Assembly (NCBI GenBank): GCA_020346605.1 | Contig: CP070784.1 | Coordinates: forward strand, 1,051,947 to 1,107,312 | Direction: 5' to 3' | Length of the DNA: 55,366 nucleotides | DNA from: Candidatus Bathyarchaeota archaeon | Lineage (GTDB): Archaea; Thermoproteota; Bathyarchaeia; TCS64 | Shown: one piece after another, positions 19,331 to 28,285 of the stretch | How positions within the stretch are numbered: the stretch's first letter is position 1 | Layout of the letters: each line of letters starts with the position of its first letter | Program-made: the position numbers and the translations under genes | The notes under the pieces: generated by a model | The model's input: only the letters and a program-made list of their open reading frames with translations | Databases searched by the model: none | Told to the model about the DNA's origin: nothing

Positions 19331-19639
19331 CTAAGCGCGCTCAGTCCTTCTACTCCGTCTCCCAGTCTCCTGTGCCTCGATGAAACTGTTCATCCAATCG
19401 AGGGCTCCGGAGAGCACATCGGTCAGGGATTCGATGATCTTCCGCTGTAGGTTGTACCGTGTTTTAGGGATCCTTTGGGTGGAGAACTCGTTTATCCATC
19501 CGAGAGCCCTCTGAAGCTGATAGGCCGTCCAGCCTCCGAGCCTAGTCTCGAAAACAATGTACTCGGGCGCTGAAAAAAGGATCTTCTCGGTTGTGGACCT
19601 CTTCTTCCTGTACCCTTTTGGTCTGTAAGAGGCCGTCAT
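19331..19639 (-). CDS. Hypothetical protein
   Basis: 102-aa ORF directly downstream of the antiporter; its last codons run through a GCGCGC tract. Confidence 0.55.
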   Translation of the reverse strand: MTASYRPKGYRKKRSTTEKILFSAPEYIVFETRLGGWTAYQLQRALGWINEFSTQRIPKTRYNLQRKIIESLTDVLSGALDWMNSFIEAQETGRRSRRTERA

Positions 19640-19642
19640 ACA

Positions 19643-20902
19643 TCACACCCCGTCCTCAGATGGCCCACCGTCGGGTTGCCCTGCTTCGGCTTCTATCTTC
19701 GCTTCCGAAAGGTTCAGGAGGTTTATGATTCTGGACATCGAAAGGCCCTGGACTATGTTGCTCGTCAGTACTACGCCGAATGTCAGGGCAAGGATCTCCT
19801 CGCTATGGTGCAGGTTCAGGCTCGCTGCCCCGAGGGCTAGGACCACGGAGACGCCCCCCCTTAGCCCCGACCAGGTCAGACCGATCGTCCAATTGTTGGG
19901 TATGAACTTGTCGCGGGTGATCATAAGGATCTCACCGACGACCAGCACCATGATGTATCTGGCGAGAAGGGTGAAGACCACAATGACGAAGACGGGCGCA
20001 ATGTACCGGTATAGGACGGCTGTGTCCGTGTTCATGCCTATGAATATGAACGCCATGCTCTGGGCTATGAAACCCACGAACTCCCACAGGGTGTCCAACA
20101 TGTCGATGGATTGGCGCCCCAGCCCTCCGTAGTTCTTGCACCTGTAGTTGATTATGAGCCCTGAGACCACCGTCGCAAGGACGCCGCTGGCTCCGAGCTC
20201 CTCCGCCAGCCTGAAACCGCCAAAGGCTATTAGAAAGGATATGAGGACCTCGACGTACTTGTCGTCGGTCCAGCAGAACAGGAGGTGGGCCACGTAGCCG
20301 CTCAGTATGCCCAGTAAGAGCCCGCCTAGGACGGAGATGACGCTCAACCTCGCGATGTCGAGCACCGTGATGGCGCCCAAGGTCGCCACTGACATCAAGA
20401 TGGAGTAGATGACGATGGCCACACCGTCGTTGAAGAGGGACTCCCCCGTGACCAGCATCTGGAACCGCTTAACCACCCCCATGCTGTTGAACGTGCCGAT
20501 CACCGAGACGGGGTCGGTGGGGGCTATTATGATCCCCAGAAGCAGCGACTCTATAACCCCAAATCCGAGAACGAAAAAGCTGAAGGTGGAGATGGAGATG
20601 ACCATGCTCAACGTCCCGAGGACGGCGTAGCTCAGCACCATGTCCGCGTCTTCGATGAGCTCGTGGACGTCCCGGTGGAGGGTTTCCTGGAACAGGATAG
20701 GCGGTAGCAGGATCGAGACGAAGATCTCCGACTCCAAGTAGGGCAGGCTGAAGCGTGTGAAAACCGTCGAGTATATGCCGGCGATGATGAGGGCAATGGT
20801 CTGCGGGAAATTGAACCTCCTGGTGATGAGGCTGATTACTGTGACGACGATTAAGATGTTGAAGACGGCGTCGAATTGGGCAAGTAGAATGGACATTTTC
20901 AC
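19643..20902 (-). CDS. CPA1/NhaP-type Na+/H+ antiporter
   Basis: LLPPILF, APTDPVSV, GESLFNDG and GLRGGVS motifs. Confidence 0.92.
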   Translation of the reverse strand: MKMSILLAQFDAVFNILIVVTVISLITRRFNFPQTIALIIAGIYSTVFTRFSLPYLESEIFVSILLPPILFQETLHRDVHELIEDADMVLSYAVLGTLSMVISISTFSFFVLGFGVIESLLLGIIIAPTDPVSVIGTFNSMGVVKRFQMLVTGESLFNDGVAIVIYSILMSVATLGAITVLDIARLSVISVLGGLLLGILSGYVAHLLFCWTDDKYVEVLISFLIAFGGFRLAEELGASGVLATVVSGLIINYRCKNYGGLGRQSIDMLDTLWEFVGFIAQSMAFIFIGMNTDTAVLYRYIAPVFVIVVFTLLARYIMVLVVGEILMITRDKFIPNNWTIGLTWSGLRGGVSVVLALGAASLNLHHSEEILALTFGVVLTSNIVQGLSMSRIINLLNLSEAKIEAEAGQPDGGPSEDGV

Positions 20903-21244
20903 AGAATTTTCTCGGTTTTATTATACTTTGGACGTCCCAGAGTTCTCATGAACTACCCCTCAGCACGATTCCGAAAAAGACTGCTGCTCGATTCTCCAAC
21001 GCTTTCTGGACATGGTATATAATCCTTCTGTTTACACTAACAAATTAAAAGTTAAAAAAAATTCTGCTCCACATTAATTTTTTCCCATAATTTCTTTAAA
21101 TACTAAGATCAGAAGTCGAACAAATAAACTAAATTCGTATTTTATTTATTTTCAATCAGGGTTACACTTTTTTTTTACCTTTTCCACGTAACACAGTGAT
21201 TTTTTATCGGTGTTTTTGTTGCTCATGTACTTGGTGAATCCACC

Positions 21245-21289
21245 ATGGCTAAGAAGAAACAGAAGAAGGGCAAGAAGACCAAGAAGTGA
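21245..21289 (+). CDS. Putative 14-aa lysine-rich micropeptide MAKKKQKKGKKTKK
   Basis: ATG preceded by a GGTGA SD-like sequence and an AT-rich promoter region; host-like AAG codons; 6 nt before the next ORF. Confidence 0.5.
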   Translation: MAKKKQKKGKKTKK

Positions 21290-21295
21290 TGCCAG

Positions 21296-21493
21296 ATGCC
21301 TGAGTGCTTTTTGTGTGGCATGGAAACAGACGCTCTCTACACCTGCAAGCGATGCGGTGAACGCTTCTGCGAGGAATGCGGTGACGTTGAAGAGCACTTG
21401 TGTCTCTTTTGCCTTGACGACGAAGCCGTCGACGACGAATACGACGACGAAGAACACGACGACGAAGACGAAACCGATCCAGATTGGGGATAG
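21296..21493 (+). CDS. Small zinc-finger protein with an acidic tail
   Basis: CFLC, CKRC, CEEC and CLFC, followed by a D/E-rich tail. Confidence 0.8.
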   Translation: MPECFLCGMETDALYTCKRCGERFCEECGDVEEHLCLFCLDDEAVDDEYDDEEHDDEDETDPDWG

Positions 21494-21619
21494 GCCGTCT
21501 CTAGCAAGGTTCTTCTAGCCTGTTCAAGGTTTTTTAATCTTTATTGTAAATTGGAGTCCTAAAAACCTAGCCCGCACGATGAAGAATGAGCTGTGCGGGT
21601 TCACGTGATCCGAGGTACC

Positions 21620-21808
21620 CTAGATGCGTCTGGGCTTGTATTTCTTCTCCTTGTACTTGCCTGTTATGCGGACGTGTGTGCCCTTCCGGGTGACGGCGGA
21701 GTCGATGCTCTCAGTCATGTCCTGGCACTCTCTCTCCCACTCGCATTCTAGGCATTCGTCCTCCGTCCCGTACATGCCGATGCAGACGGGGCGTTTCCCT
21801 CGGCTCAT
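21620..21808 (-). CDS. Small Cys-containing protein with a basic tail
   Basis: PVCIG...CLECEWEREC pattern; host-like codon usage. Confidence 0.7.
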   Translation of the reverse strand: MSRGKRPVCIGMYGTEDECLECEWERECQDMTESIDSAVTRKGTHVRITGKYKEKKYKPRRI

Positions 21809-21923
21809 CCCATCAGAACCCGGGCGTCAACGACCTAAAAACGTTATCATCCCGGCTTCGAGGACAGTCCCGCTTTCCCCTGTCTCGTAAACGCTTATCT
21901 TTGCCCGAACAGGAGTATCAAAC

Positions 21924-22199
21924 ATGACTGGCAAGAAGGTCTTCACAGCCGAGAAGGCGAAGGAGATCGGGGAGAAGCTGGGCATCGACTGGAGCGAGTA
22001 CGACGTTGAGCAGTTCAGGATGGGGATGGACGTGGAGCTAGAGCACGGCACGGAGAACTCTGTCACCAACGTCACCGACGACGACCCACTGCTCACGGGC
22101 AAGATCGCACTGGCCCACCTCAACGAGTTCCCCGACTACTACACACGGCTCCACGAGATGGAAGAGGAAGCCAAGGCGTACCACAAGACCGAGGATTAG
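21924..22199 (+). CDS. DUF5661-like protein
   Basis: GMDVELEHG...KIALAHLNEFPDYYTRL motif. Confidence 0.85.
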   Translation: MTGKKVFTAEKAKEIGEKLGIDWSEYDVEQFRMGMDVELEHGTENSVTNVTDDDPLLTGKIALAHLNEFPDYYTRLHEMEEEAKAYHKTED

Positions 22200-22325
22200 T
22201 CCGGGTACACGCCGAACGTCATATCAGACCTTTTTTTCGCATCCCGAATGAGAGGCCCGAGCCGTCGTGGGGCTTCGGACGCAGTTTGAACAATATTTAA
22301 ATCTTCTCCGATAATTAGCGAACTC

Positions 22326-23090
22326 ATGGCGCTCCACCCCCTGACCCTAGTGATCTGCTCCATACTCTCCTTCGTGGCGGGGCTGGCCGACATCAGCCTC
22401 GGCATGGGGTACGGTTTCACTGTCACGCCGATCCTGCTCCTGCTCGGCTTCGTACCGCGCCAGGCAGTTCCCAGCGTGCTCTTCTCCTCCTTCGTGGGCG
22501 CGCTGATGAGCTCTTACTTCCACCACAGGTTCAGGAACGTGGACTTCGCCGTCGGGGGCGACTCCTTCAAGATTTCTGCCCTCATTGGCGTCCTCGGGAC
22601 CCTCGGCGGCCTCTTCGGGGCCCTCATCGCCCTCGGCATCTCCAGCTTCCACCTGAGCCTCTACATCGGCTCCATCGTCACGGTCTCCGGCGTCTTCGTC
22701 CTGCTGAGCAGGGGGATCAGGTCGACGTTCTCCTGGTACAAGATAACCGCCATCAGCTTCCTGGGGGCCTTCAACAAGGGGCTGAGCGGCAGCGGCTTCG
22801 GCCCCATCGTTACCACCGGCGGGCTCCTCTCCGGCCTAGACGAGAAGGCCTCCGTCTCCATCCAGTCGCTCTCGGAGTTCCCGGTGAGCTTGGTCGGATT
22901 CCTAACCTTCGCCCTCTCCGGGGCCCCCACGAGCTGGGAGCTGATAGCGGCGCTGACCCTCGGCGTGTCCCTGGCGTCGCCGCTGGCTGCCATGATCGTC
23001 CAGAGGCTCGACCGCGAGAGGCTGAGGCTGATGATCGGCGTCGCGGCCATCGTCGTGGGGGGCTCCACGCTCCTCAGGACTCTCCTCTGA
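22326..23090 (+). CDS. Sulfite exporter TauE/SafE family protein
   Basis: About 8 TM segments, LGMGYG and SGSGFGP motifs. Confidence 0.85.
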   Translation: MALHPLTLVICSILSFVAGLADISLGMGYGFTVTPILLLLGFVPRQAVPSVLFSSFVGALMSSYFHHRFRNVDFAVGGDSFKISALIGVLGTLGGLFGALIALGISSFHLSLYIGSIVTVSGVFVLLSRGIRSTFSWYKITAISFLGAFNKGLSGSGFGPIVTTGGLLSGLDEKASVSIQSLSEFPVSLVGFLTFALSGAPTSWELIAALTLGVSLASPLAAMIVQRLDRERLRLMIGVAAIVVGGSTLLRTLL

Positions 23091-23157
23091 CCGAGGGCCA
23101 CCGTTGAGCCCGACTCGACCAAGATGGTTTATATCCAGTGGAAATCAACTCTAAACC

Positions 23158-23622
23158 ATGTCGAAGATAGTCGACTTGCTGAAGGAGCAGAAGGCCCTGG
23201 AGCTGGGCCACGTGGAGAGGCTCCAGCCGACCATTGACGGGGTGGGCCACCGCCTCATAGCGGCCCTCCTTGAGACCGTCGTCCACGACAGCAGGAAGCA
23301 CGCCGCCCTCTGCCAGGCCCTCATCGACGTCGAGGCTGGGGTTGCCCCAGCGACCCTGGACACGGACATGGCAACCGCCGTCGACCTCCACCAGAGGATC
23401 AAGCAGCATACACGGGTGGAGGAGGAGATGATCGGTAGGATCGGGGCCATCGTCGCGGAGGTGGAGGACGACAGAGTCAAGGAGATACTGGGCTACATCC
23501 TCAGTGACGAGAGGCGACACCACGACGCCCTCAGGCAGCTCTCCAACCTCTTGGACAGGGACACCGCCGCCTTCGACGAGTACCTGGACCTGTTCCAGAA
23601 GTACATGATCGTCCCTCCCTGA
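23158..23622 (+). CDS. Ferritin-like (rubrerythrin-type) diiron protein
   Basis: DSRKH and DERRHH ExxH-type motifs in a four-helix bundle. Confidence 0.8.
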   Translation: MSKIVDLLKEQKALELGHVERLQPTIDGVGHRLIAALLETVVHDSRKHAALCQALIDVEAGVAPATLDTDMATAVDLHQRIKQHTRVEEEMIGRIGAIVAEVEDDRVKEILGYILSDERRHHDALRQLSNLLDRDTAAFDEYLDLFQKYMIVPP

Positions 23623-23717
23623 GACCGACCTCTTCTTTACTACGGGGCCCGAGATATCCTCTTTTAACTCAAACAAACTCGTTCGTCTGTCCTCGGGGAG
23701 CTCACCGGCTCTGGTGT

Positions 23718-23744
23718 TGCACGAGTCTATCATGGATTCGTGCA
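23718..23744. terminator. 12-bp hairpin between convergent genes
   Basis: TGCACGAGTCTA-TCA-TGGATTCGTGCA (two G-T pairs). Confidence 0.35.
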
Positions 23745-23796
23745 GAATGGTTTCTGGTGGACGACTTTACTGCAGCTGGTGATGGCAAAAAGTGAT

Positions 23797-24369
23797 TTAG
23801 GTCCCGAGTTCTGGGTGCTGTTCTTCTGCGATTGGCTTAATCTGGTTGTATAGGTACTCGACCCACTCGCAGGTTTGAGGAGCGTCGTAGTATTTCCTCA
23901 ATTCATCTATGATCTGGCTATATTTTTTCCTGAGTATGAGCGTACCCGCTGACATGAAGTCATATATTAGCGAGGCTTTAATGAGTCCCTTGGACAAGAA
24001 TTCCTATTCCCTCGTAAAACATCATGATAGTGTTGAATTTGGTATAACGATCTGTGTCGGGTCCAAATTTCTCCATGAAGTCTTCATAGTCACGCCACTC
24101 CCAATTGAAAAGGACGTCATTGATTGTCCTCATGAAATTCTCATCAAGCATTCTGTTGTACACAGTGAGAAACATCTGTGCCTGCCTTGTCTCCAGTGCC
24201 TGTTCCTGTGCTTTTAATGCCAGCTCCCTTGTCCTCTGTGCATTCCTCAGCGTGCTTATGTAGTAGAACGCCGCAAGGCTGACGCTCAGCCCAGTGCGCG
24301 CGCGGCTACAAGAATTACTACTACCTGTATCAACATGATAAGAGTCTGAAGGGTCAATTTCTCAATCAT
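23797..24369 (-). pseudogene. DUF4760-like membrane-anchored protein, chimeric and frameshifted
   Basis: MIEKLTLQ...ILVA | GC tract | TGLSVSLAAFYYISTLRNAQ...LETRQAQMF...FYEGIGILV, frameshift near 23990, then GLIKASLIY...EWVEYLYNQIK. Confidence 0.75.
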
Positions 24370-24386
24370 TCTAATCTCAATAATGG

Positions 24387-24416
24387 ATTGTGGTGAAATG
24401 AAGAAAAGAGTATGGG
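24387..24416. repeat. 30-bp direct repeat, copy 1
   Basis: ATTGTGGTGAAATGAAGAAAAGAGTATGGG; 27/30 identical to 25255-25284. Confidence 0.9.
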
Positions 24417-24439
24417 CGCAGCGCATCGCGTGTACGATC

Positions 24440-25195
24440 TTATCTTTTTATCGTCGCTAAACCGTCTTTTATGCCAGCAGCTGCCCATCGACTCCATGGA
24501 CGGGTGAAGAACCTGAACCCCCTCTCCACTAATTCACTGGGATCTAGACCTCTCGGGATGAAATACATGCCGGGGACGACTCCGGCCTCCTCACAGGCCT
24601 CCGCAATCCTGTCCAACGTCCCTTGGTACTTGGGGTTTAGATAGTCCAACGCGATACCCAATGCGATGGAAAGGTCCGAAGGGCCCACCAGGAGAACGTC
24701 GATCCCGGGGACCGAGAGGATCTCCTCTAGGTTACCCAGCGCCTTCAGCGTCTCCACCATGGGGATAATCAGCAGCTCCTCGTTGACCGCGGACATATAC
24801 TCCGTGAAGTTCTCGAACTCCCCCCATTCGCCCCTCATTCCGGCGGCGCTCCTGATCCCCTCGGGCGGATACTTGCAGCAGCGGACCATATGGACGGCCT
24901 CCTCCTTCGAGTTGACCATGGGCACGATGATGCCCTTGGCGCCGATGTCGAGGGCGTAGCAGATCTGATCCTGGTAGTTATCCCCCACCCGGATGATTGG
25001 GATGGCCTTCTTCCCCTTCATGTCTTGGAGTTGATGCCGCAACTCCTTGATCTCCACGGCCGAGTGCTGCGTGTCGAAGAGGAGGAAATCGAATCCCGCA
25101 TCCGCCAAGAACCCCGCAGGGCTCGTCAGGGAAGCGGTCGTCCCGATAGCGGTCTTACCTACTCTCAACATGTCCTTAACGATGTTCATTTTCAC
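24440..25195 (-). CDS. HpcH/HpaI aldolase family protein
   Basis: GFDFLLFDTQH, LDIGAKGIIVPMV, YPPEGIR, MVET and GPSDLS motifs. Confidence 0.92.
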   Translation of the reverse strand: MKMNIVKDMLRVGKTAIGTTASLTSPAGFLADAGFDFLLFDTQHSAVEIKELRHQLQDMKGKKAIPIIRVGDNYQDQICYALDIGAKGIIVPMVNSKEEAVHMVRCCKYPPEGIRSAAGMRGEWGEFENFTEYMSAVNEELLIIPMVETLKALGNLEEILSVPGIDVLLVGPSDLSIALGIALDYLNPKYQGTLDRIAEACEEAGVVPGMYFIPRGLDPSELVERGFRFFTRPWSRWAAAGIKDGLATIKR

Positions 25196-25254
25196 TGAAC
25201 CTCAGAAGACTAATCATCAACTAATATTTAATACAGTTATTCTTGCGCGTGCCA

Positions 25255-25284
25255 ATTGGGGCGAAGTGAAGAAAAGAGTATGGG
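25255..25284. repeat. 30-bp direct repeat, copy 2
   Basis: ATTGGGGCGAAGTGAAGAAAAGAGTATGGG. Confidence 0.9.
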
Positions 25285-25310
25285 GGAAAACATGAGCTGC
25301 AGTTGTTTTA

Positions 25311-25888
25311 TCATTGAATGGAATCGATTTGACGCCTCATGTCGCCGACTACTTTTTCATTGAACTGTGTTTCGAGATGCTCCTTTATTCGATGAGCCAA
25401 GTACTCCCAAGAAATCCAAGCACCCTCCCAGCCGTATGACGCTCTCAACTCTCGTTTTATTGGCTTCCATTTTTCCCAAGTCCTCAGTGGTAGTTCTCCC
25501 AGAAACAACACCACATAGTCTAGATCCAGTTTTTCTCGGTATACGAGAGAACCTATAGCGACAAAGGTATACCAGATTGTCGATGTCTCTGCATATCTTT
25601 CAGGATTCGCTAAGGGACCGCAGTTCTCCATGAACTCAAAGCTCTCATAACTTGGTCCATATCTGACGCTGGTGTGTCTCTCCCAGTACTCTGGAGACCC
25701 AGTTCTAGGAATATCTGCATCATAAGGGCTGTCTGTCTTGTCTCAAGGGCTTCCTCCTGTGATTTCAAAGTCAGAGCCTGGTTTCTCTATGCGTTTCTCA
25801 CGGTCATGACGTAGTACGTGAAGCCCGCTATCACCCCCACTATCGTAACAACCTCTCTCATCGCTTGAAGAGTAGACAACTCAATCAT
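25311..25888 (-). pseudogene. DUF4760-like membrane-anchored protein, disrupted paralog
   Basis: MIELSTLQ...VIAGFTYYVMTVRNA* (in-frame TAG at 25787-25789), LETRQTALMMQIF, frameshift(s), then ...WEKWKPI...WEYLAHRIK. Confidence 0.75.
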
Positions 25889-26084
25889 CTGGATCGTACT
25901 AAATTATGGTAATCTGTGGGCGCGCGCGTGCGATCGATTCTAGCAGAGCCTCGTGCATATTTTTCTAGCGGAGCGCACTGGAGCCTCCGGCTAGCATCTG
26001 GGAGGTCCTCAAACTGGTAAACGAGGTCGTCGACCAGTGTCCCGACAACTGACTGCATACCGCCTTGGGGCGATGCTGAGCTCC

Positions 26085-26354
26085 CTAGACGAGTTCCAGC
26101 TCGTAAATCACCGGGTTGTATCCATCGGGGCAGGCGTGGCGCGCCACGCTGGCACCCTCGTCGTTCACAGCGAAGGCGACGTCGGCCCCGTGGGCGAGGG
26201 CGTAGATCTTGGGCATCATCGAATAAAGCGCGTGGAGGCAGATCCTCCCCTCGATCTCGTGGGTGCTCCAGTCGAAGACCGCCTCGTCGCCAACCCTCTG
26301 CCCCGCAGAGCAGTGCCCCTCCTGGCTGATGACCCTGACTCGCACCTTGGACAT
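26085..26354 (-). CDS. TIGR04076-like small Cys protein
   Basis: GHCSAGQRVGD, ICLHALYSMMP and ACPD...VIYEL motifs; start at MSKVRV. Confidence 0.8.
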   Translation of the reverse strand: MSKVRVRVISQEGHCSAGQRVGDEAVFDWSTHEIEGRICLHALYSMMPKIYALAHGADVAFAVNDEGASVARHACPDGYNPVIYELELV

Positions 26355-26438
26355 GGTATGAAGGTGCCACTTGGCCGTGAAAATCCTTTCGGCCAGGCTG
26401 GTACAAGGGGGAACCGACGACCCCGGCACAGCCCATTT

Positions 26439-26591
26439 CTACTTGCTGTGATTTCCTCTTTTTTCCACACTGACCTCTAACTTGTCCACGGCGTCCTCGA
26501 GTTTTGTGGTCAGATCGCTTATCCTTTTCTCGTGTTCAATTAGTACGTTTATGATAAAATCCAATACATCTAATTTCCTGCTTTGTTCCAT
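26439..26591 (-). CDS. 50-aa coiled-coil hypothetical protein (not in the ORF track)
   Basis: MEQSRKLDVLDFIINVLIEHEKRISDLTTKLEDAVDKLEVSVEKRGNHSK*, downstream of an AT-rich promoter region. Confidence 0.6.
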   Translation of the reverse strand: MEQSRKLDVLDFIINVLIEHEKRISDLTTKLEDAVDKLEVSVEKRGNHSK

Positions 26592-26887
26592 GGCATTATC
26601 AATTGTGTATTTCTATACGCATTATTAAGATGTGTGTTGTCGTAATTATATTAAAAATAAATATGTTAAGAGTTATTTCAAAACACCTTCTATGAATACG
26701 ATTTTAGCTGATTCATGATATTAATACATAAAAACACTACAGAATAATTCATCACTGAATCATTATACTTTTTTTTATTTAAACATCTGTCGTTAGCCTT
26801 GTAATGCATTTTAAACGTGGCAAGATATCTACCAACTGAGCGACTAGATTGCCTTACCCGTAGGCTCATGAAAAAAGGGGGAAGGGG

Positions 26888-27529
26888 TCATTCCTTCCTT
26901 GGGACCCTCTTCGTGCTCGTCTTAGCCAGGATCTCGCCGACGTCGAGGTCGAAGAAGCTTGTGCTGTTCGCTGACTTCACCACGATGGCCGTGTCGGCCC
27001 ACCGCCCCTGCCCTCCGACCGCGATGACGTTCTCGCCGATGGGGATCGCCCCCGCGTCGGCCGCCATCACAGTGATCTCGAAGCAGACCTTCATCCCCTG
27101 GGAGAAGAGCCGCAGTACGTTGGCGATGAGGTCACCCGTCGACGGCACGTACGCCGGCCAGTAGGGCTGGGGCCTCTGCTCCCCCGGCTCGGTCCGTGGG
27201 ATCCTCCTCAGGCTGCTGTTGACGCCTCCGAAGGCATGGGTGCACGTGACGATCTCGCCGCCGAGGGCCTTGATCTTCTCCTCGTTCTCCGGTAGGAGCT
27301 CGGGGCCCCTGGGGCCGATCTGGTGGGTCACCACCACGACCTTAATCCCGGTGCCCTTGAAGGCTTCGACGGCCTTGAAGCCGGTATTGCCCCGTGTGGA
27401 GGCGACGACGACGTGCTTGATGCCCTTGCTCACCGCCGTCTGCTTGACGAGGTTCAGAACGACGTCCATGTTCTCAGGCTTGGACTCCTCGAAGTAGAGA
27501 ATACTGCCTTTCAAACTGTATCCCCTCAA
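26888..27529 (-). CDS. Stand-alone pyruvate kinase C-terminal (alpha/beta) domain protein, MTH1675-like
   Basis: VVVASTRG, VVVTH, LRLFSQGMKVCFEITVMAADAG motifs. Confidence 0.85.
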   Translation of the reverse strand: MRGYSLKGSILYFEESKPENMDVVLNLVKQTAVSKGIKHVVVASTRGNTGFKAVEAFKGTGIKVVVVTHQIGPRGPELLPENEEKIKALGGEIVTCTHAFGGVNSSLRRIPRTEPGEQRPQPYWPAYVPSTGDLIANVLRLFSQGMKVCFEITVMAADAGAIPIGENVIAVGGQGRWADTAIVVKSANSTSFFDLDVGEILAKTSTKRVPRKE

Positions 27530-27700
27530 AGAAGGGACATACTAGCATAAAAAACAGAGACACACCAGCCCGATCGCCACTGGCCCGGTCGAGAGAGGAG
27601 CGGCTTCGCACCTGAAGGCCGTAAAGGGGTTTTTACTAAAGCCCGGTCCACTGGGGAGGTTAAATCTTGGTTCCGTGATTGTTTCACCTGGGGTTGAGGA

Positions 27701-28153
27701 TTGACGGAGTCCAAGGACGCCCAGATGGAGAGCCTTGAGGAGGAGGTCTTCAGGGCGCTGGACCACCAGAAGAGGAGGGACATACTCAGGTTCGTCGGCG
27801 AGGGGAGGGGCGCCACGTTCACCGAGGTGCTCAACGCCACCGGGATGCCGGACAGCCCCACTCTCTCCTACCACCTGAGGAGCCTGGCGCCTTTCATGGA
27901 GCAGAGGGAGGGGCGGTACGGACTGACGCCCATCGGCAGGGCCGCATACTCCCTCCTGCTCAAGACCGCCGACTACAGCAGGCTCGCATTGATCCATAAG
28001 AAGAAAACGGGGGCCATCATAGGGCACATAGTGCTCTGGACAAGCGGCATCGCCGCGGCCCTCGTGATGGAGGTCGACACCTTCCTCTCCGCCATAATCC
28101 TCCCCAGCCTGGCAGGCGTCAGCCTGATGGTGATCTATGAGCTCTTCGAGTAG
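27701..28153 (+). CDS. ArsR-type winged-helix regulator with two C-terminal TM helices
   Basis: FRALDHQKRRDIL...LSYHLRSL...YGLTPIG, then hydrophobic helices. Confidence 0.8.
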   Translation: MTESKDAQMESLEEEVFRALDHQKRRDILRFVGEGRGATFTEVLNATGMPDSPTLSYHLRSLAPFMEQREGRYGLTPIGRAAYSLLLKTADYSRLALIHKKKTGAIIGHIVLWTSGIAAALVMEVDTFLSAIILPSLAGVSLMVIYELFE

Positions 28154-28285
28154 TCCGGGGGCTCTCCTCTTCGCGAAACTTGCGCGGTGGCTTTTCGACA
28201 TGGAAGCCCCCATCGGCTTCTCATCGAACTGCTCGCCTTAAATAAACCCCCGCCGGATGAAGCACATTGGAGGCCCTAGGAGAAC

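Noticed and set aside
21030-21230. Replication origin in the AT-rich stretch
   Set aside because: No ORB repeats or cdc6/orc1; consistent with a divergent promoter region. The same applies to 26600-26820.
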